From assembly GCA_951406725.2 (NCBI GenBank), contig OX597817.1:8680001-8744000 (forward strand): 64,000 nt of DNA, read 5' to 3'. Position numbers and translations under genes: made by a program. This DNA is from Octopus vulgaris (Eukaryota). Positions 43,865 to 57,226 of this stretch are shown piece after piece; the stretch's first letter is position 1; each line of letters opens with the position of its first letter. The notes under the pieces are model-generated. The model was not told the DNA's origin, did not search any database, and saw only the letters and a program-made list of their open reading frames with translations.

Positions 43865-43936
43865 AGCTTACAACTGTTTCTGCCATAAGATACATAACTC
43901 AGTGCCCGAGTGACGCCGTCTTGCTTCATCAGAGCT
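43865..43936 (-). ncRNA. Minimal type I hammerhead ribozyme (canonical CUGAUGA/GAAAC core)
   Basis: AGCU-CUGAUGA-stem II-GAAACaguuGUA-AGCU. Confidence 0.7.
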
Positions 43937-44037
43937 TCAAATATGAAGTATGTATACATACCGACATATACATACAGACCTACCACATATTGTATTATAT
44001 ATATGTGTGTGTGTGTGTGTGTGTATGTGTGTGTGTG

Positions 44038-44375
44038 TCCTGAGACCCCCTTCGGTCATCACTGACCATGGGATTGCACCTAGAAAGGTACCCTCCCAGG
44101 CACAAGTCCGGGCAAGGTTGTTTATGGAAGGCCAGCAGTCGCCCATGCATACTGGCCTCTCCTCTCCACGCCACCAGTGTTATTCAAGGGAAGGACAAAG
44201 GGGCCGATACAGCTTAGCACCTGTGACGTCACAACTCATTTCTACAGCTGAGTGAACTGGAGCAACGTGAAATAAAGTGTCTTGCACAAGAACACAACAT
44301 GCAGACCGGTCCGGGATTCGAACTCACAACGTCACGATCGTAAGCTCGACGCTCTAACAGTGAACCATGCGCCTT
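44038..44375 (-). mobile_element. SINE family D, full length
   Basis: Homologous to 34844-35177. Confidence 0.9.
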
Positions 44376-45059
44376 CACACACACATACACATACACACAT
44401 TATATATGTATGTATAGTATGTGTGCGGGGGGTGGTATTTGCGTGTTTGTATGTTTATATGTATATATATATAAACACACACACACACGTATACATACAC
44501 ACGCACATACGCACCTATACACGGTCTCTCAAGAATATTGTTAGTGTTGTAGTGAGTAAGTGGTTGATTGATCGCGCGATTGAAGTAAGCAGCGTTACAC
44601 GTAGGCAAAACATTATCACCGTTGAATAATGATATATCATTGAGATCTTTCAATATTTATTTAATAGGTGAACAGGAAGACTAAAGTTCAATATGGTGGT
44701 GAATATTTCAGATCGTTTTCCTTCTTGCTGGCTGTTAGTCACACCACACACGTTTGAGCTCTCACACACACACGTACGCATACACGCACACACACACGCG
44801 CGCGCGCGCGCGTACACATACACACAAACATACACTCTCACGCGAACACAATGCAGACATGCGCCAATGCTACGCACGGACACATACGCGGACACAATAC
44901 GCACGCGCAAACAGCGAACATGCGCGTGCACGCATGCACAGCGAAGGCACACACAACACACATATACAACGCACTCGCAAACACAACACAATACACACAC
45001 ACACACACACACAGACATCACCACCACCACCACCCAGACAGACAGACAGACAGACAGAC

Positions 45060-45106
<47 letters not shown>

Positions 45107-45170
45107 CAGACAGGCAGACAGACAGACAGACAGACAGGCAGATAGATAGACAGACAGACAGACAGATATT

Positions 45171-45262
<92 letters not shown>

Positions 45263-45282
45263 CAAACAGACAGACAGACAGA

Positions 45283-45318
<36 letters not shown>

Positions 45319-45339
45319 TAGATAGATAGAGAGAGAGAG

Positions 45340-45391
<52 letters not shown>

Positions 45392-45441
45392 GATAGATAG
45401 AGAGAGAGAGATAGATGATAGAGAGAGAGAGAGAGAGAGAG

Positions 45442-45486
<45 letters not shown>

Positions 45487-47020
45487 TGTTTCTTTATTAG
45501 CCACACAGGGCTGCACACAGATAGAACAAATTACAAGGTAGAGCTTTTCTTTTGAAGGTAAAAAAAAAAGGGGGGTGTCGATCAAAATGGATCGTAAAAG
45601 GAGAGAAAAAGGACAAAAAAAAGGGGGTTAAAAAAAAGGGGGAGAGGAAAAAAATTGATCAATAGGGATCGTTATCACAGAAATGTCAATATGAAGTGTA
45701 AAGGGGAGGACAGGTGAGGTTTACCCGTGGAAAGAAAAGCCTACGGAAAAGACCACGGTAACCTCGGTCAATGAAATCACATGTTATTTTTTTTTAATTT
45801 TTTTTTTTTTGCAAATAAGCAACTCTCTGTATTAATTTTTATGGTTCATAGAATCATAGTCAAGGTGGCTTTGTCATTCATACGTGCCATCCTTGCTACA
45901 TTCACCCATCTTTTTTAAAACATTCACTAGACAAAACTTGCCTCTCTACTCTCACTTTCCTCCTCAAGTGATACTTGAAGAAGTTGATGAGAGATTGACC
46001 AGAGAGGAAAGTGTTTGTCTCTAATCCTTTCAGGCGCTTCCACCAGATACATTCTTTCGCCATAGCCACAAGTATGATAAAAATAGCTCTTCCTTCCCGT
46101 TTGAAGGAAGGAGGCGTGACGATATTAACGATAGACTCGGCTGATAAACCGACACGTCCCACACGTGACAGCAGTCGTTCGACATAAGCCCACAAGTGGG
46201 AAATTGCTGGACACTGCACGATTGCGTGCAGAGCGGTTTCGTCGCTCTGCCCGCATCTCGGGCAGGTCGGCCTCGTGTTTCTCGAGCCATGCCTATAGAG
46301 CTTATCCCGAACGGGTAGCGCTTCTCGGTAGCACCGCCAGGCCAGTGATCTCTGGAAGTTGTCCATAGGTCCCGGTTCGAAAGTCGTTTGAAACAGGCGG
46401 GTCAGGTATTCCTCGTCGACGCCCAGGTTTGCCCCGAGATCGTCGTCGTACCTCCCCTCCACTAATCCCCTATAGAATGCTTTGGTTGTGTTGAAGTCAC
46501 TCAAGGTCGACCCGGGACGGCAGAGTTGCTTGAGAGCAACGCGACACTCGCGGTGCCATTCGCCCTTCCTCGGCCTCTTTTTGATCCACGACTGCAGTTC
46601 GGTCATGGAGACAAGTTGCGGGAATGCGTGCCTCACAAACGGCGACCACACCTGTTCACCGTCGTCTACATAGAGCCGGAGATGTCGCAGTCTCAGCGCG
46701 TGTCTGCGCATCATCAACCACGGCATGCCCAGCCCTCCTTTTAACGGGTGTTGACAGCAAATGGATCGCCTGACCATCGGGACGCATCCTTTCCACAAGA
46801 AGCGGAAGAGGATGCGTTCTAGTTTGGTGATGGTAGGGTCGGGACAAGGTACGACGGTCAGGCGGTAGTAGATGATGGACGCGATGTACGCGTTCGCCAC
46901 CTCCGCCCGACCTTTTAGGGACAGTTTCCTCTCGGCCCATTGCTGGGCGAGAGTGACCACCCTACTCGTTATCTCGTTCCAGTTTTTCTCCATTTGGAGG
47001 TCCGGACCGAACCAGACCCA
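45487..47020 (-). mobile_element. Tx1/L1-clade non-LTR retrotransposon, 5'-truncated, joined to (GATA/GACA)n
   Basis: Coding region plus ~400-bp 3' region ending AATAAAGAAACA|TATC; 5' flank GGCAGGCAGAC. Confidence 0.9.
45902..47020 (-). CDS. C-terminal part of Tx1-like ORF2 (post-RT region and zf-RVT), 5'-truncated
   Basis: W..RKLSLKGRA, FLWKG, KGGLG, CPRCGQSDETALHAIVQCP; ORF-track residues upstream of 47020 come from unrelated repeat. Confidence 0.85.
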   Translation of the reverse strand, partial: WVWFGPDLQMEKNWNEITSRVVTLAQQWAERKLSLKGRAEVANAYIASIIYYRLTVVPCPDPTITKLERILFRFLWKGCVPMVRRSICCQHPLKGGLGMPWLMMRRHALRLRHLRLYVDDGEQVWSPFVRHAFPQLVSMTELQSWIKKRPRKGEWHRECRVALKQLCRPGSTLSDFNTTKAFYRGLVEGRYDDDLGANLGVDEEYLTRLFQTTFEPGPMDNFQRSLAWRCYREALPVRDKLYRHGSRNTRPTCPRCGQSDETALHAIVQCPAISHLWAYVERLLSRVGRVGLSAESIVNIVTPPSFKREGRAIFIILVAMAKECIWWKRLKGLETNTFLSGQSLINFFKYHLRRKVRVERQVLSSECFKKDG

Positions 47021-47364
47021 GGCAGGCAGACACATATTACCATTTCCGTGCGCATGGTCACGCAAACACAAACACACGTACAAATGCATACTCATATACA
47101 CACTTGCATACTTGTGTCCACGTAGATACACGCATACACAAACTCGCGCACGTGATGCACCCATAGGCACACATAAGCATAGATGCACACATAGGCACAC
47201 ATAAGCATAGATGCACACATAGGCACACACACATTTAAACTAGCACAAACGGGCATTTAAACTAGCACAAACACACATACATACACTCAAGTTACATGCG
47301 CTTACGTACCTATACCCCCATTAAGAACTCGCATACGGGTCATCCGTGCACACATACGCATATA

Positions 47365-47596
47365 TATTTCTTTACAACCCACAAGGGGCTACACAGCGAG
47401 AGGACAAACAGGGACAGACAAACGGTTTAAGTCGATTACATCGACCCCAGTGCGTAACTGGTACTTAATTTATCGACCCCGAAAGGATTAAAGGCAAAGT
47501 CGACTTCGGCGGAATTTGAACTCAGAACGTAACGGTAGACGAAATACCGCTAAGCATTTTGCCCGACGTGCTAAAGTTTCTGCCAGCTCGACGCCT
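47365..47596 (-). mobile_element. SINE family B monomer
   Basis: Consensus match. Confidence 0.85.
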
Positions 47597-47813
47597 ATAC
47601 GCAAAATACACATACGCAAAATATACGCAAAATGCACACGCGTTGAATAGTTGAATTAAGTAAACAGGCAAATATGTGGTCCTTGATCGTCGCAAGAGGT
47701 TAGATTTGTACTGTTGTCCGCTGTTGCCAGCTGGCACTGTGCAGCAGGGCAAACTCTCCCGGCTTGTCAGGTTTGTCTGATTTCTATTGATGGTGTCCAC
47801 TAAGCATTATTGT

Positions 47814-48114
47814 GGAGGGACATGGCCTAGTGGTTAGAGTAGCGGACTCGCGGTCGAGGGATCGCGGGTTCGAATCTCAGACCGGGTGATGTGCGTGTTT
47901 ATGAGCGAAACACCTAAGCTCCACGCGGCTCCGGCAGAAGGTAATGGCGAACTTTTGCTGACTCTTTCACCACAACTTTCTCTCACTCTTTCCTCCCGCA
48001 TCTTGCAGCTCACCTGCAACGGACCAGCGTCCCGTCCAGTTGGGGAACCTATACACCAAGGAAACCGGGAAACCGGCCCTTATGAGCCAGGCGTGGCTCG
48101 AGAAGGGACAAACA
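47814..48114 (+). mobile_element. SINE with family C head/body and a different (L2-like) tail
   Basis: TSD ACTAAGCA(T/G)TATT at 47799 and 48115. Confidence 0.85.
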
Positions 48115-48395
48115 ACTAAGCAGTATTATAGTATTATCCCTTGCTTCTGCTCTGGCTCTACGTGATGCTGCGAAATATGGTGTCATAGAAATAGTGTATC
48201 ATCCACAACGGTCTTCTCCTTGGGGGCACACTGCTAGTGTTGCAGCCTTTTCTGCTCTGCGTCCTCTCTGCTTTCCTTTTCTTTCTACTTCTCTTCTGGA
48301 CAGAAAGCTCTTTACTGGTCTTTACTTGCGCACGTGTGACAACTAGGACTTCTGCCTCGCTCCACCACACTATTTCGTCTCCTCTCCACTGCTTC

Positions 48396-48716
48396 TGGTC
48401 ATGAATGACCATTGGCTTGCATCTAGAAAGTTACCCTCCGAGGCACAAATCTGGGCAAGGTTGTTTACGGAAGATCAGCGGTCGCCCATGCATACCAGCC
48501 CCCTCTATTCACACCACAAATGTTATCCAAGGAAAAGGAAAAGGCTGATGCAGCTTGGCACCGGAGATGTCGCAACTCATTTCTCCAGCTAAGTGAACAG
48601 CGGGAACGTGAATTAAAGTGCTTTGCGCAAGAACACAACACACAGCCCGGTCCGGGAATCGAACTCACAGTCTCACAATTATAAGACCGACGCTCTAACC
48701 ACTGAGCCATGTGCTT
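48396..48716 (-). mobile_element. SINE family D, diverged
   Basis: Homologous to 34844-35177. Confidence 0.8.
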
Positions 48717-49108
48717 TCTCTCGTAGAGTACAGCTGCAGAATATCCACGTGAATTGAATAGGTAAATGATGGTAATTCAAACTGACCGCTCAAATATCTG
48801 TAATTTTATATAAAATTTACAACGAACGAATACCCTTTCCTGCAGTCGTCGTGTTCCTGAGATTGATGTATTATGTCCTTCATCTATGGGGTAAAGAGGT
48901 AGAGCTGTGAAACACCAGCTCTACCTCGTTTCTCGTTTCACTCTCGATTTGCATTGTTTGACAGAGTACACATCTTACAAAACATCAGCTAGGGCTCCCT
49001 TCAACCCGTCTTTCAAAAGTATACGGAAGCACAGTCAGGTTCATGAAAAACAGAATTATATTACATTCCTCTTCTTCCTTTTAGGTATAAATTCGTCGGC
49101 GGTATAAG

Positions 49109-49320
49109 AAGGCGGCGAGCTGGCAGAAACGTTAGCACGCCGGACGAAATGCTGAGCGGTATTTCGTCTGTCGTTACGTTCTGAGTTCAAATTCTGCCGA
49201 GGTCGACTTTGCCTTTCATCCTTTCGGGGTCGATTAAATAAGTACCAGTTACGCACTGGAGTCGATATAATCGACTTAATCCGTTTGTTTGTCCCCTTGT
49301 GGGTAGTAAAGAAATAGGTA
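49109..49320 (+). mobile_element. SINE family B monomer
   Basis: Consensus; flanking duplication TAGGTATAAATTCGTCG. Confidence 0.85.
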
Positions 49321-49602
49321 TAAATTCGTCGATCAAGGTGGTAGTGCCTTTTGCGACGTACCTCGTCCACTCCTACTTCTTATCTTTGAGAGAGAATGTT
49401 TTTGTAAAGTGGTGATCTTTTTATCAACATTAATGCTTCAAACATGCTTGTTTTCCGTCTTCTTTGTTTTACAAAAGAGTTAAGCGTTTACACATCCAGG
49501 TCTGTGTCATTTAGTACGATTGGGACCGTATTAGCAATGATCAACCATGTCAAGCTAATACCCGTTGTCTTGGATACGCTTACGCAATCTTAGCGTACGT
49601 CT

Positions 49603-50070
49603 AGGTTAGTTAGTTAATTTTTTGGCTCAAAAAGCAAAAAAGCAAGGCCATGTAGGGGGACATGGAGTTATGTACAGGGTGGTGTTCATGTAAAGAGTTC
49701 AGGCCACTTGAGGTCAAGGGAGACTTTGAACCGAGCGGTCGTCGGCATCTTCACCATCTCGTCTGGCAGCTTATTCCACGGATCCGCAACCCGGACGGAG
49801 AAAGCCTCTCTCCTTCGATTGAGATGAAATCGTCGCAGATAGAGCTTTTCGGAATGACCCCGCAGCCGACGCTCTGGAGCAGGAGTGAAGAACAGCTCTT
49901 TCGAGAGGTTACACTTTCCGCTTATGGTGTTGTGAGCAAGAATGAGATCACCACGGCGTCGTCATTTTTCTAGAGAATAAAGGTCGAGCTTCTTCAGCCT
50001 TGTCCAATCTCCCACTAAGACTTTTAAATGAGATGTTCCTCAGGAAAGTTCCCATGCGCCTGAAGAGGAG
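49603..50070 (-). mobile_element. CR1-like LINE 3' fragment
   Basis: Same family as 25671-25890; (TAAC)n tail. Confidence 0.8.
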
Positions 50071-50319
50071 TAAATATCGGAAACGTTCCAGGGTAGAAAA
50101 TAATATAACTAAATAAAAGAATGTCATGACAAACCATTTTCCATTCCGGTGAATTTACGGAGATCTTTTAATTAATCCGAAATTTTTTGGTTATTATTAA
50201 TGAATAATAACACTTTTTTTTCTTTTTTCTTTTTTTCAGAAAAAATATATGGTATTATCCATTTTCAGGGAAGTAATGTGAAATACAACCATTCAAGGCA
50301 AACAACAGGGGAAAACGAG

Positions 50320-50912
50320 GAGGAAGAGGAGGAGGAGGAGGCGGAGGCGGAGGCGGAAGAGGAAGTAAGGGAGAGAAGGGTGAAGAGGGCAGGAGAGGAC
50401 GGAGAAGATGAGGAAGAGGGGAGGAAGAGGGAAAAGAGGAGAGGAGGGGAGGTATGAGGGGAAGAGAGGAGGAGTAAGAAGAGAAGAAGGTGGAAGAAAA
50501 AGAGAAGGGAGGAGATAGAGGAAGAAGTGGTGGAAGAGGGGCAGGAGGAGGAGGAAGAAGAGGAGCGGACGATAAGGAGGAGGAGGAGCAAGAAGAAGAA
50601 GAAGAAGAAGAAGAAGAAGAAGAAGAAGAAGAAGAGAGGAGGAGTGGAAGAGTGGAAGAGGAGGAGGAGGAGAGAAGAAGAAGAAGAAGAAGAAGAAGAC
50701 AGAGGAGAAGAAGAAGAAGAAGAAGAAGAAGAAGAAGACAGAGGAGAAGAAGAAGAAGAAGAAGAAGAAGAAGAAGAAAAGAAGAAGAAGAAGAAGACAA
50801 AGGAGGAGGAGGAGGAGGAGGAGGAGGAGGAGGAAGAAGAAGAAGAAGAAGAAGAAGAAGAAGAAGAAAAGAAGAAGAAGAAGAAGAAGAAGAAGAAGAA
50901 GAAGAAGAAGAA
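50320..50912. repeat. Polypurine (GAG)n/(GAA)n tract
   Basis: Direct inspection. Confidence 0.95.
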
Positions 50913-51108
50913 GACTCGAAAGCCAGGACATTTCTACTTCAGTATCATGATGATCTAGTCTCCTTAACGGCACAACCAAATCTTTCAATAGACTCCCTAA
51001 AATCTTTAAAATATTGGTTACGTGTGCTCTGTCTTCAATTTCCTTTTGCCATTTCACTTATGAAATAATAGTCATCTTAGAAGTTCCTCCGCAACCGGTA
51101 CTGTGAAA
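50913..51108. repeat. 196-bp segment abutting (GAA)n, copy 1
   Basis: About 94% identical by eye to 54815-55010. Confidence 0.9.
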
Positions 51109-51571
51109 GTTTTAAAGATTACATATCCGGTTCGCTAGACCAGTGGGCTTTTTGTATGAATTGGTCGATAACATCCGTCTTATTTCGGAAGATTGGTTAC
51201 TCAGCGGTTGTAGGAGGTTTAACACTTGCAACAGCAACAGCAGCCACAGTGTCAGCTGTGAGAGTTGCAGTAACAGTAAAAGCAACAACAGTTATAGCAA
51301 AGCAAAGCATAAAAAGTTATGAGTATCTATCACAAACAGTAGTTGTTCCAGGTCCACTCCTTGTGTAGCGTTTAGTTAGAGTGACCAGAAATTGTATCGA
51401 GAATTCTGTAAAGTCTGCACGACCTCTGAGCTAAAAAAAAAAAAAATAGTACTAGCTGACCACGTTCCGTCAATTGTAGGAGTGACTGTGTGGTAAGTAG
51501 CTTACTTACCAATCACATGGTTCCGGGTTCGGTTAGTAAGGAGAGACACAAATAAGAAAGAAGAAAACAAA

Positions 51572-51616
51572 GGACCACTGATGCGGTCTCAGGAGTTTGA
51601 CGAAAGAACTCTGGCC
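51572..51616 (+). ncRNA. Hammerhead-like motif (A9C variant) in an insert within a SINE A
   Basis: GGaCCA-CUGAUGC-g-GUC..GAC-GAA-AGaaCU-C-UGGCC. Confidence 0.4.
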
Positions 51617-51758
51617 AAAATAAGATTAAGATTAATGTAAAAAATAAATAACACTGAAGCAAAATAACACCAAATATATAGTGCGTGTGTTTTTTTTATT
51701 GGCTAAACTGGCAAAATGACCATTCCGAAATATAACAATATATATATATATGTGTGTG

Positions 51759-51790
<32 letters not shown>

Positions 51791-51917
51791 TGTATGTATG
51801 TATGTATATGTTTGTGTGTTTGTGTTTGTCCCCCTAGCATTGCTTGACAACCGATGCTGGTGTGTTTACGTCCCCGTAACGTAGCGGTCCGGCAAAAGAG
51901 ACCGATAGAATAAGTAC

Positions 51918-52275
51918 TGGAAGGTGTTTATAAGCCATTTAAAAAACACACACAAAATCGTCAGATTCACTTCAACATTTAAATTTAATTCGTGTCAAAA
52001 TATTTTCGTCGCTTTGAAACCGCGACGTGCTGAGCAGCACGAAACTTTGTTAGTGAACAAGTCGCGGTTTCAAGGTGACGAAACAGCACGAAATTTTTTC
52101 CGTTTCAAATATTTTGACATGAATTAAATTTAAATGTTGAAGTGAATCTGACGGTTTTTGTGTGTGCTTTTTGGGGTTTTTTTAATGGCTTATAGACACC
52201 TCCTACACTGCAATTCTTTTTGTTTCAGCATACGATCTCAGATCAGGTCACTTGCTATGCAAGTACCTCTCCGAC
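51918..52275. mobile_element. Inverted pair of the 6734-6925 pLTR family; GUGAACA core at 52053, disrupted by an insertion in stem III
   Basis: Arms ~51918-52027 and ~52060-52205 are reverse complementary. Confidence 0.7.
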
Positions 52276-52452
52276 AATTGTAGTGTTATTTCAGTTTGTT
52301 ACTGCTCAAGAAAATGTTTAGTATGTTGGCATTAGAGGTTTCAGAAATGTAGGAGATGACCACACAGACAAACTTAATACAAACTTAATACAAAAATTAA
52401 CTGGAGGAGTTAAAGTGTAAATATACATACACACATACACATATTTATGTAT

Positions 52453-53046
52453 AGGCGCATGAGTGGCTGTGGCTGTGTGGTAAGAAGTTTGCTTCTCAAC
52501 CACATGGTTTCGGATTCACTCCCAATGCTCCTCGGGTCGACCAAAGCTTTGTGAGTGGATTTGGTAGACGGAAACTAAAAGAAGCCCGTCGTGCATATAT
52601 ACACATATATATATATATACATACACACGCACATATATATGTATGTATGTATGTATCTATTTGTGTCTATTGTTGCCCCTCCCCCAATCGCTTGACAACC
52701 GATGGTGGCGGGTTTACACCCCCGTAACTTAACGGTTCGGCCAAACAGACCGATAGAATAAGTACTAGGCTTACAAAGAATAAGTCCCGGGATCGATTTC
52801 TTCGACTAAAAAAGGCGGTGCTCCAGCATGGCTGCAGTCACATGGCTGAAACAAGTAAAAGAAAAAAAATATATATATATACACACACGACAGGTTTCAT
52901 TCACTTTCCGTCTACCAAATCCACTAAAAAGGGTTTTTGTCGGCCCTAGGCTATATTAGAAGAAACGTGTCCAAGGTACCATGCAGTGGGACTGAACCCG
53001 GAACCATGTGGCTGGAAAGCAAGCTTTCTTGCCACATAGCAACCAC
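52453..53046. mobile_element. SINE family A (+, 52453-52870) followed by a partial inverted copy (-, 52887-53046)
   Basis: Consensus match. Confidence 0.85.
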
Positions 53047-53915
53047 TGAGGCTGAGACCGCTTAGATCTCAAATGTTCTCGATCAGGTCTGGTTTTAAGC
53101 TGAATAACAGAAATATTATCTATTATCAACATCGTTAATGATTTAGAGTCGTCAGCAATTTTTGTGAAGAATTCCATCATTTCATGAACTAATTGTTTTC
53201 GAAGCCAATCAATGGCACTTTATTGTCCACCCTTAATCAACACGAGTACAATATTGTTAGCGATAAGCACCTATTTCATTCATTTCATTATTCTATGAAA
53301 TCATTCTCTATCTGTTTGCCTCATTAAATAAGCGAAGCTCTGAACACTTTGCCTAATTGCTCCTTTATATAATAGCAGCTCCTTCTAAGTTGCTCGGTAG
53401 CCATCGTTTACCTGCAGGCCTCAGGCAGCTGAAGATCAAACAGAACTTTAGCAGCATGGATCTCACTAGTCAAGAGGGTAGGGAGGAGGTCCAGAAAGGT
53501 CAAGGGAATTAAGCCACCATTATATCCAGCTAAATATAAAGAACAGCTTCTAACAAATTGTACTTAAAATTCAGGTTTGCATTACCAGCCATGCTATTTC
53601 ATTCATTCTGTTAATACTCATAGGAAATGTTTAAACATCAAAACAGCCGATAGGAAAAGAAATGTTAATGCACATTGATGGTAGACATAATCGATTACGA
53701 AAGGTCAGAACGACTGAGTTTATTTATCACGTTGTGTGTATAATAACTGATTTTTCTTATTTGTCTAAGGTTTGGGCCTAAAGAATGTTGAAAGGAGATC
53801 GTGTTACTAATCATTTTAGAAAAACTGTGAACAAACTTAATACTCTCGTCGATTATGTGTGTGTGTGTGCGCGCACGTGTGTGTGTGTGCGCACGTGTGT
53901 GTATTTATGTATGTG

Positions 53916-53968
<53 letters not shown>

Positions 53969-54075
53969 ATAAAAACGGTAAGACAACAAAACAATGAGAC
54001 CTCGATATTATGTAAATAGAGGAATTTATCTGTAAATGTAATATGTGACAATTATTCGGATTTTTCCGATGACCG

Positions 54076-54136
54076 GATAACTGAAGAGATGGTGGCGTGG
54101 ATTTCCACCTCGGCATCCGAAACTCGGAGTTTTATC
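54076..54136 (+). ncRNA. Minimal type I hammerhead ribozyme inside a (TA)n-embedded element (53965-54158)
   Basis: GAUAA-CUGAAGA-GAUG..CAUC c-GAA-ACUcggAGU-U-UUAUC; enclosed by GACAATTATTCGG/CCGAATAATTGTC inverted repeat. Confidence 0.7.
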
Positions 54137-54155
54137 ATGGCTACCGAATAATTGT

Positions 54156-54245
<90 letters not shown>

Positions 54246-54309
54246 GTCATCCCATAAGTAATGTCTGAACTTCTATATTTTCAATTTGTAAAATTTCAAT
54301 TTCTTTCTT

Positions 54310-54532
54310 TTACTTTCTTTTGCTTGCAGTCATTTGAATGTACCCATACTGCGGCGCCGCCTTTAGTCGAACAAATCGACCCCAAGACTTCTTCTTTGTA
54401 AGCCTAGTACTTATTTTATCGGTCTCTCAGTTGCCGAACCGCTAGAATACGGGAAGGTAAACACACCAACATCGGTTGCCAACCAAGTGATGGTGGGAAG
54501 ACAAGCGCAGACACATAAATACATCCACACAC

Positions 54533-54568
<36 letters not shown>

Positions 54569-54695
54569 GTGTATATATATACGACGGGCTTCTTTTAGTT
54601 TCCGTCTATCAAATCCATTCACGAAACTTCGGTCGGCCCGAGACTATATAGTACAAGGCACCATGCAGTGAAACTGAACCCAGAACCATCTAGTT
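54310..54695 (-). mobile_element. SINE family A, diverged, head truncated by (GAA)n
   Basis: Consensus match. Confidence 0.8.
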
Positions 54696-54814
54696 GGAAG
54701 AAGAAGAAGAAGAAGAAGAAGAAGAAGAAGAAGAAGAAGAAGAAGAAGAAGAAGAAGAAGAAGAAGAAGAAAGAAGAAGAAGAAGAAGAAGAAGAAGAAG
54801 AAGAAGAAGAAGAA

Positions 54815-55010
54815 GACTCGATAGCCAGGACCTTCCTACTTCAGTATCATGATGATCTACTCTACTTAACGGCAAACCCAAATCTTTCAATAGACTCCTT
54901 AAAATCTTTGAAATATTGGTTACGTGTGCTATGTCTTCAATTTCCTTTTGCCATTTCACTTATGAAATAATAGTCATCTTAGAAGTTCCTCCGCAACCAG
55001 TACTGTGAAA
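54815..55010. repeat. 196-bp segment abutting (GAA)n, copy 2
   Basis: See copy 1. Confidence 0.9.
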
Positions 55011-55416
55011 TTTATTTGAAAACTGTTACTGCTAAGATATTCGAGTTGAATTTGCAATTTAAAAAAATTTTTTTATTGAATATTGATATCGTGTACGAGT
55101 TCAAATTTTCATTCGGAGTATCTTTTTTTTACTTTTTGTAACTATTTTCTTTTTCCGTTTGTTATGTTTCCATTTTACCTGAAATGAACCATTTCAAGTT
55201 CATTTGGGTTAAATTTCAAATCCGAAAAGAAACTGAAGAATATCGGAAGCCAAATTTCAACTGAAATTCCCCAAACACCCCGTAAAAATGCAATCTATTT
55301 GTTTATTTCTTCTTGATTCCTTACAACACTAAACCAACTTTAAGTTGTTGTTTAGCGTTGAGGCGCATCTCATATTTCATGATGTTATGCAATGGAATGA
55401 TAATGTTACTTTTTAA

Positions 55417-55862
<446 letters not shown>

Positions 55863-55869
55863 GCGGGGT

Positions 55870-56380
55870 TCTGACATGCCTTTGATGCATACGTCAGACC
55901 AGTCTATTCTGCGGTTAGCATTGTAAATAGATTTTGCAACTATATCATGCCTCAAGGGCAGGTAGTTTGTGGTAGTCATTTTGGGGCAACTGCTGATGAT
56001 ATGGCTAATATAACAGAGCTGCACAACGTGGGGCTTTGTCTCTCTTGTTTATCAAGTATTTAAAAGACATATCTTTTCTAAGTGGGATGTAATGTTTCTA
56101 TCGCAAGTCCAGGAGAAGCTACTCCTCCTCTCAACGCTTTCTGGCTTTCTAGATATGCACCCATTTTTCATGATATGATTTTTGTTGGAATGCAGCCTGC
56201 TTCTCCTTCAAGTTTCTGTTTAGGTAGGCCAATCCAGCCTCATTTGGGTCACATGAGACAGTTCTATTCTCAGAGTATCTGCACAGTAGTTCTTCTACTC
56301 TGAAGCTGCTGCTCTCACTCTTGAGTATGCATGGAAAGTATTCACTTTTTTCTTTACTGTTCAGCTGGTGTTGTTTAAGT
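55870..56380 (-). pseudogene. Decayed RLE-type retrotransposon fragment
   Basis: ISHIISSCPKM..YLPLRHDIVAK (CCHC/RHD region). Confidence 0.6.
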
Positions 56381-57000
56381 CAGTGCTACTCAAAGTGGTG
56401 ATCCGCGGACCGATGCCGGTACGCGGCGGGTTTCCAGAAAAGAAAGAAATGCTTATAAAATGCTTATGTATTATTGTATTATTTGTATACAAAATAAATA
56501 TAAGATAAAAATTGTCAGCTTTTATTTTATTCCAGTTACTGTTTACATCTCGTTCAGAGATTTATTATTGCTTGCAGACAGTTTTTCGAAATCAGTGACA
56601 CTGGCTACTGGGAAAAACATTAAATAGATATTTGCAAACAGGTCTCTCTTCATCGAAAACCGGTGATTACCGTACGTTGACAAGAGGCAAATACCTCGAA
56701 ACTGCAGTCCGTGCGTATCACTTAGGTTTGCGAGAGAGGGATGACCTCCCTTTGCAAATACCATAAGGGCACAGAAAGTGTGCCTAAAGCCAGCTGGAGA
56801 CGATGATCTCCTGGGGCTAAAAGCTACAGTAACACCCACGCTTAGTGGTTAGCCATATTGAGATGGCTAGTATACTTTACATTATATATATTGTTTCCGG
56901 TATAAATTAATATTACTAAGAAATATTACCGGTCTCTGGCATATTTGAAAGATAAAAGAAAACTTCCGGTACGCCACGCCAGATAGTTTGAGAGGCACTG
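56381..57000. mobile_element. hAT-Charlie-type non-autonomous element
   Basis: TIRs CAGTGCTACTCAAA / TTTGAGAGGCACTG; TSD GTTTAAGT / GTCAAAGT; internal DFEKLSAS transposase-end remnant. Confidence 0.75.
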
Positions 57001-57226
57001 GTCAAAGTGATACAATGCGACATTCAAAGGCTGTTTGGTTTAAAATGCCTCTACCGCCATCACTTCGTCTCGCATTAGCCCTGTCGGTGTCACTTTTAGT
57101 GTGGAAGTTGCCAGTGGTGCTCAGCACTTTCCGGTTTTCATGACCAGGCTGCGAATCATGTTGAATCGCTAGCTTCTGCACGCATTTTTTCTCTCCTTGT
57201 TTCTCTCCGTGTTTCTTTTCTGTGTA

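Noticed and set aside
47640-48395. Minus-strand ORF fragments split by a SINE
   Set aside because: No recognisable homology or splice structure
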